Below, one piece after another: positions 26,980 to 34,701 of a stretch of DNA of 64,000 bases; position 1 is the stretch's first letter; the number at the start of each line of letters is the position of its first letter. The translations under genes were made by a program, and so were the position numbers. Source of the stretch: an uncultured bacterium (GTDB taxonomy: Bacteria; Patescibacteriota; Minisyncoccia; Moranbacterales; UBA2206); contig CAIZXS010000005.1 in NCBI GenBank assembly GCA_903937035.1, forward strand, positions 62,746 to 126,745. The letters run 5' to 3'. The notes under the pieces are model-generated. The model saw nothing but the letters and a program-made list of their open reading frames with translations, was not told the origin of the DNA and did no database searches.

Positions 26980-28785
26980 ATGAACTATATGAAAAAAATT
27001 GCTCTCGGTTTGATTTTAATGGCTTCTGTTTTTTTATCAAATAACGTTGAGGCGCGGACAAATGTCATGGACTGGTACCTTAAAAATTTTGAGTCAGAAA
27101 TTAAGGTCAATAAGGATTCAACACTTCTCGTTACGGAAAAAATCACCGCTGATTGTGGCAATGCCTCTGGTAAGCATGGAATTTTTCGGACCTTGCCGAC
27201 AGTTTTTCGAACGACAGATAAAACAATCGCAATGCCGATTGAGCTTCTCGGTATCACAGATTTTAATGGCAATAGTTTGCACTATTCCACGCAAACTGAT
27301 TATTCAAATAAAACAGTAACTTGGAAAATTGGTGATCCTAACCGAACGGTGACGGGTGAGAATAATTATCTCATAACGTATAAAGTTAAAAATGCCGTTC
27401 TTTTTGATAAATCCGATTTTGATGAATTATATTGGAATTTGAATGGTAATTTTTGGGATCTGGAAACCGACAGTTTCACTGGCAAAATAGTCCTTCCATC
27501 AGAAATCACAAAAAGCAACACTCAAGTTGATTATTATACTGGCAGCTTGAATAGTAAGGGAAAGGATGGGGCTAGCTATTCTTGGCTTACTAATAATATT
27601 TTACAGTTTAAATCCAATAAGACTTTGTTGGTTGGCGAAGGCATCACAGCCTCTATTGCGTTCCCCAAAAATATTATTATGCCGTATGTGCCAACTTTTT
27701 GGGAAAAGTATGCGTTATATTTATGGTTAATTATCCCGCTTGTAGCGTTTGCTATTTGTTTTAGTGTTTGGGATAGATATGGAAAAGATCCGGAAGGTAA
27801 AAAAACAATTATCGCTGAGTTTGATATTCCTGAGAAGCTTTCTCCTTTGGAGCTCGGAACACTTTTCACTAATGGAAAACTGAAGACGGAGTTTATATCT
27901 GCCTCTATCATTAACTTGGCAGTTAAAAAAGTAATTCAAATTGAACAGACGGAAGGACTAGATTCTCTCAATGTTGGTTTGGCGAAAGAGGGAATTTCGA
28001 AACTTTCCGATGGGCAAAAATCTTTTGCAGATAAAGCTTTGAATTTCTTTCATATTGGGGAAGATTTTCGCTTGAAAATTATCAATAGAGATTTGATTTC
28101 AGAACTGGCAAGTCCTGAAAAAAAGTTAATACAGGAAATGTTTGGTGCAAAGGATGAAATCATGCTTTCCGGACTCAAAAATGAATTTTACAAAAGCCTT
28201 CCTGAGATTAAAAAGGTGACGTTGGATAGTCTAGAAAAAAAGCAGTTGATTGAAAAAACCGGCCTGACTTTTCAGATGATTTTTCTGGTTGCCGGATTTA
28301 TTTTAGCCTTTTCAACCTTTATTTTTACATCCATCTCTCTTTCAATTTTGCCTGCCATGATTTTGACTACGATTATGGTTTTTATTTTTTCCTTTTTAAT
28401 GCCCAAGAGAACGCCTGCTGGAGCTGAGGTGTATTGGAAAACTAAGGGTTTTAAGCTTTATATGGAAACAGCCGAAAAATATCGCGAGCAGTTTAATGAA
28501 AGGGAAAATATTTTTGAAAAACTTTTGCCCTATGCCATTATGTTTGGCATGACGAAATTGTGGATCAAAAAAATGAAGGAAATTTATGGCGAAGACTATT
28601 TCAATGCCTATCACCCGATGTGGTTCGTAGGCGGCAGCATGGCAAACTTTGATGCCGACAGTTTTGCTTCGCGTGTGGACAGTCTTTCTTCGGCTATGGC
28701 TTCTAATGTTTCTTCTGGCTCAGGTGCTGGCGGCGGCGGAGGATCAGGTGGAGGCGGAGGCGGGGGAGGCGGGGGAGGATGGTAG
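26980..28785 (+). CDS. DUF2207-family membrane protein with C-terminal poly-glycine tail
   Basis: 601 aa. Signal peptide, large extracellular N-domain, TM helices near residues 240 and 440-480, C-terminus SGSGAGGGGGSGGGGGGGGGGGW, typical of DUF2207. Confidence 0.6.
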   Translation: MNYMKKIALGLILMASVFLSNNVEARTNVMDWYLKNFESEIKVNKDSTLLVTEKITADCGNASGKHGIFRTLPTVFRTTDKTIAMPIELLGITDFNGNSLHYSTQTDYSNKTVTWKIGDPNRTVTGENNYLITYKVKNAVLFDKSDFDELYWNLNGNFWDLETDSFTGKIVLPSEITKSNTQVDYYTGSLNSKGKDGASYSWLTNNILQFKSNKTLLVGEGITASIAFPKNIIMPYVPTFWEKYALYLWLIIPLVAFAICFSVWDRYGKDPEGKKTIIAEFDIPEKLSPLELGTLFTNGKLKTEFISASIINLAVKKVIQIEQTEGLDSLNVGLAKEGISKLSDGQKSFADKALNFFHIGEDFRLKIINRDLISELASPEKKLIQEMFGAKDEIMLSGLKNEFYKSLPEIKKVTLDSLEKKQLIEKTGLTFQMIFLVAGFILAFSTFIFTSISLSILPAMILTTIMVFIFSFLMPKRTPAGAEVYWKTKGFKLYMETAEKYREQFNERENIFEKLLPYAIMFGMTKLWIKKMKEIYGEDYFNAYHPMWFVGGSMANFDADSFASRVDSLSSAMASNVSSGSGAGGGGGSGGGGGGGGGGGW

Positions 28786-28791
28786 GAATTG

Positions 28792-28926
28792 TGTCATTCT
28801 GAGCGTAGCACAGCGGAGTCGAAGAATCTGCTTGCTATAATCCCAATTTTTACTATAAATCACTAAGTCAGTAATAATGGTCAGTAGGTCCTTCGGCTAC
28901 GTCTGAGTACAGATTTCGCTCAGGAT
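28792..28926. repeat. Repeat family A, copy 2 (3-prime end degenerate)
   Basis: tgtcattctgagcgtagcacagcggagtcgaagaatctg ... tcgctcaggat. It lacks the terminal gaca. Lies between the DUF2207 stop and the DUF1653 start. Confidence 0.6.
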
Positions 28927-28934
28927 AAAAAATT

Positions 28935-29153
28935 ATGCAACTCGGAAAATATCAACATTACAAAGGAAAATATTATGAAGTGTTAGGCGTGGCACATCAT
29001 AGCGAAACATTGGAGGAATTGGTTGTTTATCGTGCGCTCTATGTCAGCCCTGAATTTGGAGAAAATGCATTATGGGTTCGACCGAAGAAAATGTTTTTGG
29101 AAGAGGTTATTATTGAAGGCAAAAGAGTTCCGCGGTTTGAATTTATAAAATAG
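28935..29153 (+). CDS. DUF1653-family small protein
   Basis: 72 aa. MQLGKYQHYKGKYYEVLGVAHHSETLEELVVYRALY...WVRPKKMF matches my recollection of the DUF1653 pattern. Confidence 0.5.
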   Translation: MQLGKYQHYKGKYYEVLGVAHHSETLEELVVYRALYVSPEFGENALWVRPKKMFLEEVIIEGKRVPRFEFIK

Positions 29154-29162
29154 AATCACCAT

Positions 29163-29190
29163 AAAGACGTCCCACTGGGATGTCTTTTGT
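29163..29190 (+). terminator. Rho-independent terminator after DUF1653 gene
   Basis: aagacgtccca-ctg-ggatgtctt hairpin (one G-U pair) followed by ttgtt. Confidence 0.5.
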
Positions 29191-29213
29191 TATAAAACAG
29201 ACAGCCCGCCAAA

Positions 29214-29385
29214 ATCCACCTCACCCTTTTACCTTCAAGCCGTTGAAGGTAAAATCTCCTTAGCAAGGAGAGGGGACGGAACGCAGAGATGTTGGGTGTA
29301 TTTATGGTGATTTTAGAATGGAAAGATGCTGAAGTAGGCCTTCTCCTTATCAAGGAGAAGGTGGTCGAAGACCGGATGAGGTGAG
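29214..29385. repeat. Repeat family B, copy 1 (extended, opposite orientation to copies 2 and 3)
   Basis: atccacctcaccc ... ctccttagcaaggagagg ... ggccttctccttatcaaggagaaggtggtcgaagaccggatgaggtg, the reverse complement of the B3 consensus plus extra hairpin accttcaagccgttgaaggt. Confidence 0.65.
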
Positions 29386-29386
29386 T

Positions 29387-30325
29387 TTACTTCTGACACC
29401 CCGCGCAGTAAAATACACTCCTTTGCGCCATCTTTTTACGCAAAACTAATCCACCGCATTTGGCAGGACAAGGCAATTTATCTCGACGATAAACTTTAAG
29501 CATTTCTTGAAAATGTCCCGGTGCGCCGTCTGAATCGCGATAATCACTGTCCGATGTTCCGCGCATTTTGATGGCGAGCTTTAGAATTTTTTTTGTTGCA
29601 AGAAAGATTTTTTTTCGTTCAACTTTTTCGAGACTTTCATTTTTGCGCTCCGGCAGAACGCCAGCAGTAAAAAGAATTTCACTGCGATAGATGTTGCCGA
29701 TGCCCGAGACGATGCTTTGGTCGAGAAGAAAAATGCCAATGAGCATTTTTGGTTTTGCATCCAATAGTGCGTTAAATTTAGCGAGAGTGAAATCGGTGCT
29801 CATAGCATCAATCCCAATCTTTTTTTCCGCTAAATATTTTTCGAGCGCTTTGGTTTCCAAGAGTCGCATCGTGGCAAATTTCCGCAAATCAGAAAATTCC
29901 AGAGTCCTATTCTTATTCAAATACCAAATGTGATGAATATATTGATTAACTTTGTCGTCGAAGAAACTCACCTCATCCGCCCTACAGGCACCTTCTCCTT
30001 GGTAAGGAGAGGGGCTTTTTGTATTTTGTTCCCTCTTCTTACTGAGGAGATGGTTAGGGTGAGGTGGATTTGACTTCACGAGCAAATGCCCAGTCATCCT
30101 CAGATGAATATGCAAAGACTTTCCGCCAGAAAGATTGAGAAATATATTTTTTCCCACTCGCTCAGCCAAAAGAATTTTTTTGTTTTTCATCTCACGCTTA
30201 AATTTTTCCAAAACCGTACCTTTAATGGCAGATGGAAAATCAGACCAGAATTTTGTAATGGTAGCGCCTTTAATTTTCTTATTCAAATCCGCCACAACTG
30301 TTTCAACCTCAGGTAGTTCGGGCAT
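29387..30325 (-). CDS. mutM: Formamidopyrimidine-DNA glycosylase (Fpg/MutM) carrying an in-frame ~34-aa insertion derived from repeat family B
   Basis: 312 aa. MPELPEVETV N-terminus (catalytic Pro2, Glu3), H2TH region and C-terminal zinc finger CPAKCGG...CAGCQK. Residues ~83-116 (VKSNPPHPNHLLSKKREQNTKSPSPYQGEGACRA) are encoded by the repeat B copy. Confidence 0.8.
   Translation of the reverse strand: MPELPEVETVVADLNKKIKGATITKFWSDFPSAIKGTVLEKFKREMKNKKILLAERVGKNIFLNLSGGKSLHIHLRMTGHLLVKSNPPHPNHLLSKKREQNTKSPSPYQGEGACRADEVSFFDDKVNQYIHHIWYLNKNRTLEFSDLRKFATMRLLETKALEKYLAEKKIGIDAMSTDFTLAKFNALLDAKPKMLIGIFLLDQSIVSGIGNIYRSEILFTAGVLPERKNESLEKVERKKIFLATKKILKLAIKMRGTSDSDYRDSDGAPGHFQEMLKVYRRDKLPCPAKCGGLVLRKKMAQRSVFYCAGCQK
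29968..30068. repeat. Repeat family B, copy 2 (inside the fpg coding sequence, in frame)
   Basis: cacctcatccgccctacaggcaccttctccttggtaaggagaggggc...ccctcttcttactgaggagatggttagggtgaggtgga, with terminal inverted repeats cacctca/tgaggtgg and two internal palindromes. Confidence 0.7.
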
Positions 30326-30329
30326 AAAT

Positions 30330-31094
30330 TTAGCTTAATTGATTATTCAACTCTGGCGATTTGCTTGGAATCATATGCCACATCGTCCTGTGGATGCTCA
30401 AAAGGCTTTCATAAATCTTCTGGCTTTCGATAATTAGTCCAAACTGTTCTTCGAAAGACATGATGCCAACTTTATTATATCCATAAAGATTGATGCTGAC
30501 TGTAATTTTGAAAAATTCTGAATTGACCGCCTTGAACCGGCGGAATTGTACAGTATTCTTTTTGGCAATTTCTTTGAATTTTTCGGTGTCTGGATGGAGA
30601 CTATTGACCCAGACCTTATTCTTTATTCGAATAGGGATGTAAATATCATCAACCCATTTGGCATCAAAATTTGAGAGCCATGTTTCTGAATACCAAGAGT
30701 ATGTCTCTTTGACCGAGCTATTGGCGATAGCCCTAAATACCTCCTTGATTCCTTCTTCCCCTTCAAAAAAGCGAATGATTGGCTTTTTATCAATCAAGTT
30801 GGTGATGGAAAGCAGTTGTGGCATTAGTTTATCGACTGCTTCCATTTTTTCTACCAGCGTATGTTTAATTTTCTTAGGATTTTCGGCGTAGTATATTGAC
30901 TTCCCTTTCTTTTTATAGTGGCTAACCAGCCCCTTCTTGCCCAGTGAGGTCAAAACTAAATAGACCGTGGTTCTTTTGACTCCTGATTTTCTCGATAAGC
31001 GTTCGACGCTGGTCTCTCCTAGTTCCAAAGCGGCCAAATAGACTTTGGCCTCGTTGGCGCTGAGATCTAGCTTTTCTAGTTCATTAAAAAGCAT
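30330..31094 (-). CDS. TrmB-family transcriptional regulator (paralog 1 of 3)
   Basis: 254 aa. N-terminal wHTH LDLSANEAKVYLAALELGETSVERLSRKSGVKRTTVYLVL typical of TrmB. C-terminal effector domain. Confidence 0.6.
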   Translation of the reverse strand: MLFNELEKLDLSANEAKVYLAALELGETSVERLSRKSGVKRTTVYLVLTSLGKKGLVSHYKKKGKSIYYAENPKKIKHTLVEKMEAVDKLMPQLLSITNLIDKKPIIRFFEGEEGIKEVFRAIANSSVKETYSWYSETWLSNFDAKWVDDIYIPIRIKNKVWVNSLHPDTEKFKEIAKKNTVQFRRFKAVNSEFFKITVSINLYGYNKVGIMSFEEQFGLIIESQKIYESLLSIHRTMWHMIPSKSPELNNQLS

Positions 31095-31308
31095 AATTTG
31101 ATTTTATTGTTTATTTTGTCATCAAAAATGACAACAAATATAGTCTAGCATAGAGGCTTAATTGAAGCAAGTATAGTGCTATAGGAAAAGAGTATATCCA
31201 TAATCTATGGACAATTTAACAATTTTCTAGTATACTACGCTGTTAGGATAAATTGTCCAAAGGATCCAGATAAAATCTTAGCCAAAATAATTATTAAGCC
31301 AAAAACCT

Positions 31309-31509
31309 ATGCAAATGATCTTGAACAGCGGAATGCGGATTGATGATCCTCCGGATATGTCGGAAAAAACCAGAAAATATCTTAATCAGTTCTGGCACTT
31401 TCCTTCCAAGGAGGATGTGATAAAAGAAAAAGATAAGCACTATAACTTTGAATGCAAGAGAGAATGGCAAAGAAGAGATGATCAGACTGAAAATGAAATT
31501 AATCCGTAG
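31309..31509 (+). CDS. Conserved small protein (MSEKTRKYLNQFWHFPSKED family), paralog 1
   Basis: 66 aa. 52 of 66 residues align with ORF 33704..33907, including identical MSEKTRKYLNQFW.FPSKE. Conserved upstream context taagcNaaaaaccNatg. Confidence 0.5.
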   Translation: MQMILNSGMRIDDPPDMSEKTRKYLNQFWHFPSKEDVIKEKDKHYNFECKREWQRRDDQTENEINP

Positions 31510-31958
31510 ATTCTAGTGGAAGATAGAAAGCACTTCTGTCTTCCCTAGAGTTTATCTGGGTCTAGATGGCTCGCAGTTACTTAAAAACAGAATAATTCGA
31601 CCAAGGCTCGGATTTGCATAGTGCGGATTCATTTGGGAGTTATTTTGGCTGAGAAAACATTATCGCCTGTATCGGTGGGATAGAAATGGAGCAGGGGGAA
31701 AATGGGAAACAGAGAGGATGTGAGTAGGATGAATAGTCCAGAGTATTCAGCTTACTGTAGTTATTGGGTTAATTCTAATAACTCTTATTCAAAGAAAAGT
31801 AATAATAAGGACGAAGAGCCATGGCACCTGAGGGGCTATGATAGGGATGACCCCTATACGCGTCACCTCAAGGGGGAGGATTAATAACAGGCTTGAGGCA
31901 ATCAAGTGAGAATCATCACAATTTATTCGTTCCATTTAATTAATATAAGGAGGTGGTC

Positions 31959-32477
31959 ATGAAAAAAATGAAAATTCTTATTGTTGATGACAAGAAAGAG
32001 AATATTACCGCCGCAAAAGTTGCTGCGGAAAAGTTTGGTCTTTGCGATGTTACGTATGCCTCTAGTGCCAAAGAAGTGATGGAGATTATCGTGACAGTGT
32101 ATGAAACCGAAAAAACTTTTTTTGATCTCGTGATTAGCGATCTTGAGATGGAGGAAGAAGAAAGTGGGATGATGGTTATGATTAAAAGCGCTGAATATCT
32201 TGCGCTGGCCATTATTGTTACTGGACGGGAAAAGGGAGGGCACGGTCACGGACCAAGCACGAAAATTCAACCGACGGGAAGGGTGGTTGATGGTAGAAAA
32301 GATGATTGTTGTGTTTGGGAAAAGGTTTTTCATGAAATCGAGAAAACCTGCACAGAAGAGCCCTATAAGCAAATTCTTGAATCGCTACAAAGCTACAAGA
32401 AATTCGTCACCAGGCCGTCTAGCGAAATTGGCAAGCTGGTGTTGACCGATTATGGCGTATACTTCAAGCGCTATTAG
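31959..32477 (+). CDS. Orphan response regulator receiver domain protein with uncharacterised C-terminal extension
   Basis: MKKMKILIVDDKKEN...FDLVISDLEM (REC domain acidic pocket and phospho-acceptor Asp). SD taaggagg 5 nt upstream of ATG 31959. Confidence 0.55.
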   Translation: MKKMKILIVDDKKENITAAKVAAEKFGLCDVTYASSAKEVMEIIVTVYETEKTFFDLVISDLEMEEEESGMMVMIKSAEYLALAIIVTGREKGGHGHGPSTKIQPTGRVVDGRKDDCCVWEKVFHEIEKTCTEEPYKQILESLQSYKKFVTRPSSEIGKLVLTDYGVYFKRY

Positions 32478-32549
32478 AATCTACGAAGAATACGATTTTT
32501 AAAAGGGAACCGTCCATCACGACCGTTCCCTTTTTTCTATGTTCAAAAT

Positions 32550-33296
32550 CTATTTTTTTGCCATCTTCCAAAGTAAATCAAAATAGGATAGATAGGATTT
32601 GCGAAAATCTTCGTTTTTTATTTCAATGCAAAACATATCTTCACCACTGCCTGTGCCATAGGAATTGAGGGTGATGGAATCGTGCCAGATGTCAAAAGAT
32701 GTCGGTGAGGAATAGCCTTCCGGCAAAAAGCGATATTCCGAATTGGCGCGTTTCACGAGCTTCGCTTCTTCGGAGCCGATATTGCCAAAAATCAGCCTTG
32801 TTTTAATATTTTTTTTCGTGCGGATGCGATTGCTTCTTTCAAATACGCCGGATTTCTGCATCAATTCTTTGAACCGCATTGCTGCGCCAGTGACAACCAG
32901 ATATTCAGAATTGATTGGCATTAAATCATCTTTTCGCATAATCAATTCGCGATAAGCTTTTGCGCCTTCATAGATCCTGATTTCTTGGCCTTTCTTCTGG
33001 CCGACCAATTTTGCATTGATTTCTTCCATCAAATTCTTAGCCACAACTTCTTGTTGCCTAATGTTATCCAAAATATTTTGCGGATTGGCGATGCGAAAAA
33101 CCAAGCGGTTATTTTTGGTGGTTTTTAGCACCATTTTTTTATTCTCGAGTCCATCCAGCGCGTCATAGGCAACTTGTCGATGCATTCCTAGTTTTTTGAT
33201 TAAGGGGCCAACCGTATTTTCGCCCAATTCTAAAAGCGCATTATAGATTTTAATCTCATTGGGTGTGAGTCCAAGTTGTTTTAGTTCGTTTTCCAT
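32550..33296 (-). CDS. TrmB-family transcriptional regulator (paralog 2 of 3)
   Basis: 248 aa. LGLTPNEIKIYNALLELGENTVGPLIKKLGMHRQVAYDAL wHTH. C-terminus ends ..YFDLLWKMAKK like paralog 3. Confidence 0.6.
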   Translation of the reverse strand: MENELKQLGLTPNEIKIYNALLELGENTVGPLIKKLGMHRQVAYDALDGLENKKMVLKTTKNNRLVFRIANPQNILDNIRQQEVVAKNLMEEINAKLVGQKKGQEIRIYEGAKAYRELIMRKDDLMPINSEYLVVTGAAMRFKELMQKSGVFERSNRIRTKKNIKTRLIFGNIGSEEAKLVKRANSEYRFLPEGYSSPTSFDIWHDSITLNSYGTGSGEDMFCIEIKNEDFRKSYLSYFDLLWKMAKK

Positions 33297-33310
33297 AGAT
33301 TTTAATTAAA

Positions 33311-33414
33311 TCCACCTCATCCGGCCTACGGCCACCTTCTCCTTGGTAAGGAGAAGGGCTCTTTTTGCATTCGTTTCCTCTCCTTACTAAGGAGAGGGCT
33401 AGGGTGAGGTGGAT
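33311..33414. repeat. Repeat family B, copy 3 (intergenic)
   Basis: tccacctcatccggcctacggccaccttctccttggtaaggagaagggc...cctctccttactaaggagagggctagggtgaggtgga. Terminal inverted repeats plus two internal perfect palindromes (ccttctcctt-ggt-aaggagaagg and cctctcctta-ct-aaggagagg). Confidence 0.7.
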
Positions 33415-33703
33415 TCTAAAAAAGTCTTATTTAATTATCATCACCCCAAAACTGACCATATTTCAAAAATCCCTTATTCTGGCTTAATTATACATCAGTT
33501 TAAAACTTATGTCAACATCGTCGCAATAATACTGTTGACAATAATCGATTTATCTGGTAAGCTTTTGAGTCAAGTTGAGAGAGGGCTCTCGAGGAGACAG
33601 GGTAATTTAACCTTATTGTTGAGTCAAGATATTCAAAATAAGCCTTAAAAAGGGCATATGTGAATAGAGAAGCTTTACAATGCTAATCTTTAAGCTAAAA
33701 ACC

Positions 33704-33907
33704 ATGAAAATGCTCTTAAATAATGGAAGTGTAATCAATAATGCTCCAATTATGTCAGAAAAGACCAGAAAATATCTTAATCAGTTTTGGCGCTTTCCTT
33801 CCAAAGAAGAAACTGAAAAAGAGAAGGAGAAATATTATATCGTTGAATGTAGTAAAAAGTCGCAAACAACAGATGAATTTGTAGTTGAGCATGATATCTG
33901 CATATAG
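33704..33907 (+). CDS. Conserved small protein (MSEKTRKYLNQFWRFPSKEE family), paralog 2
   Basis: Aligned start MKMLLNNG matches MQMILNSG of paralog 1. The ORF track starts 8 codons earlier at 33680. Confidence 0.5.
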   Translation: MKMLLNNGSVINNAPIMSEKTRKYLNQFWRFPSKEETEKEKEKYYIVECSKKSQTTDEFVVEHDICI

Positions 33908-34008
33908 GTTCCAGTCGAAGACAGAAAAAGCTTCTGTCTTCCCTGGAGTTTATCTAAATTCTTAGGTAGCTCGTAGTTTTTGAACATTTAAAATTGGAGG
34001 AATGAAGA

Positions 34009-34572
34009 ATGCAGATTAAATCAGTAGGTTTCTTCGGCGGCACGAACCTGCAGGATGGTTCGGTGGGGTATCTAATCCTTGAAGACTTGGGGAAGCAGCT
34101 GGCGCTTATCGGAATTGAAGTAATAACTGGCGCGCTCAGTGGCGCCATGGAAGCGCCGGCAAAAGGTGCAACTTCTGTTGAAAACGGAAAGGCCAGAGGG
34201 TATACCTTTCTGGGACTGGGTTGCAACAAGTATATTAATGAGCCGGTTGATTGTTCCACTTTCTGCGGGGAGGCCCTGGTAATGGAGTTGCAGTACGGAG
34301 TTCGCTTAGGGTACCTACTCTCCTCTGATGCATTTGTTGTCACAGAGGGAAACGCGGGGACATTGGTTGAGGTCATGGCCATCATGAACTTTAACTCTCG
34401 GGGCTGGAAGCCCCAAAAAAAAGTGGCCTTCATTGACCCTAGTGGGAATTGGACTAAAACACTTAACATGCTCAAGGAGAATGGTTTTATCTCTGAGAGC
34501 GCGTTGTTGCCCGTTAAAATTTTTGAAAGTTCTAAGATTCAGGAGATTATCAACTGGATTTGCGAGAAGTAA
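34009..34572 (+). CDS. LOG/TIGR00730-like Rossmann-fold protein (lysine-decarboxylase-like family), noticeably GC-richer than flanks
   Basis: 187 aa. ITGALSGAMEAPAKGA (GGG-x-G-x-M-like loop) and VVTEGNAGTLVEVMAI (PGG-x-GT-x-EE-like motif). aggaatgaagaatg SD-like sequence upstream. Confidence 0.45.
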   Translation: MQIKSVGFFGGTNLQDGSVGYLILEDLGKQLALIGIEVITGALSGAMEAPAKGATSVENGKARGYTFLGLGCNKYINEPVDCSTFCGEALVMELQYGVRLGYLLSSDAFVVTEGNAGTLVEVMAIMNFNSRGWKPQKKVAFIDPSGNWTKTLNMLKENGFISESALLPVKIFESSKIQEIINWICEK

Positions 34573-34701
34573 ATAATTGTTCTTTTTGAAAGGAGGTGAT
34601 CGTAGAGTTGAAGTCTTTGATTGAACTAATCAAAGACTTCCTCACACTAGAGCTTGAAAAAATCGAGCTTTGATATGAGTTAATAATAAATTTAAATAAT
34701 T

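Noticed and set aside
31702-31884. 60-aa ORF MGNREDVSRMNSPEYSAY... between the small conserved protein and the response regulator
   Set aside because: Low-complexity Asn/Ser/Asp-rich product, no homolog in the duplicated module, weak start context. Likely non-coding spacer.
33954-34475. 173-aa minus-strand ORF overlapping the LOG-like gene
   Set aside because: It is antisense to a better-supported plus-strand gene with an SD and recognisable Rossmann motifs. Long antisense ORFs are expected in locally GC-rich DNA.
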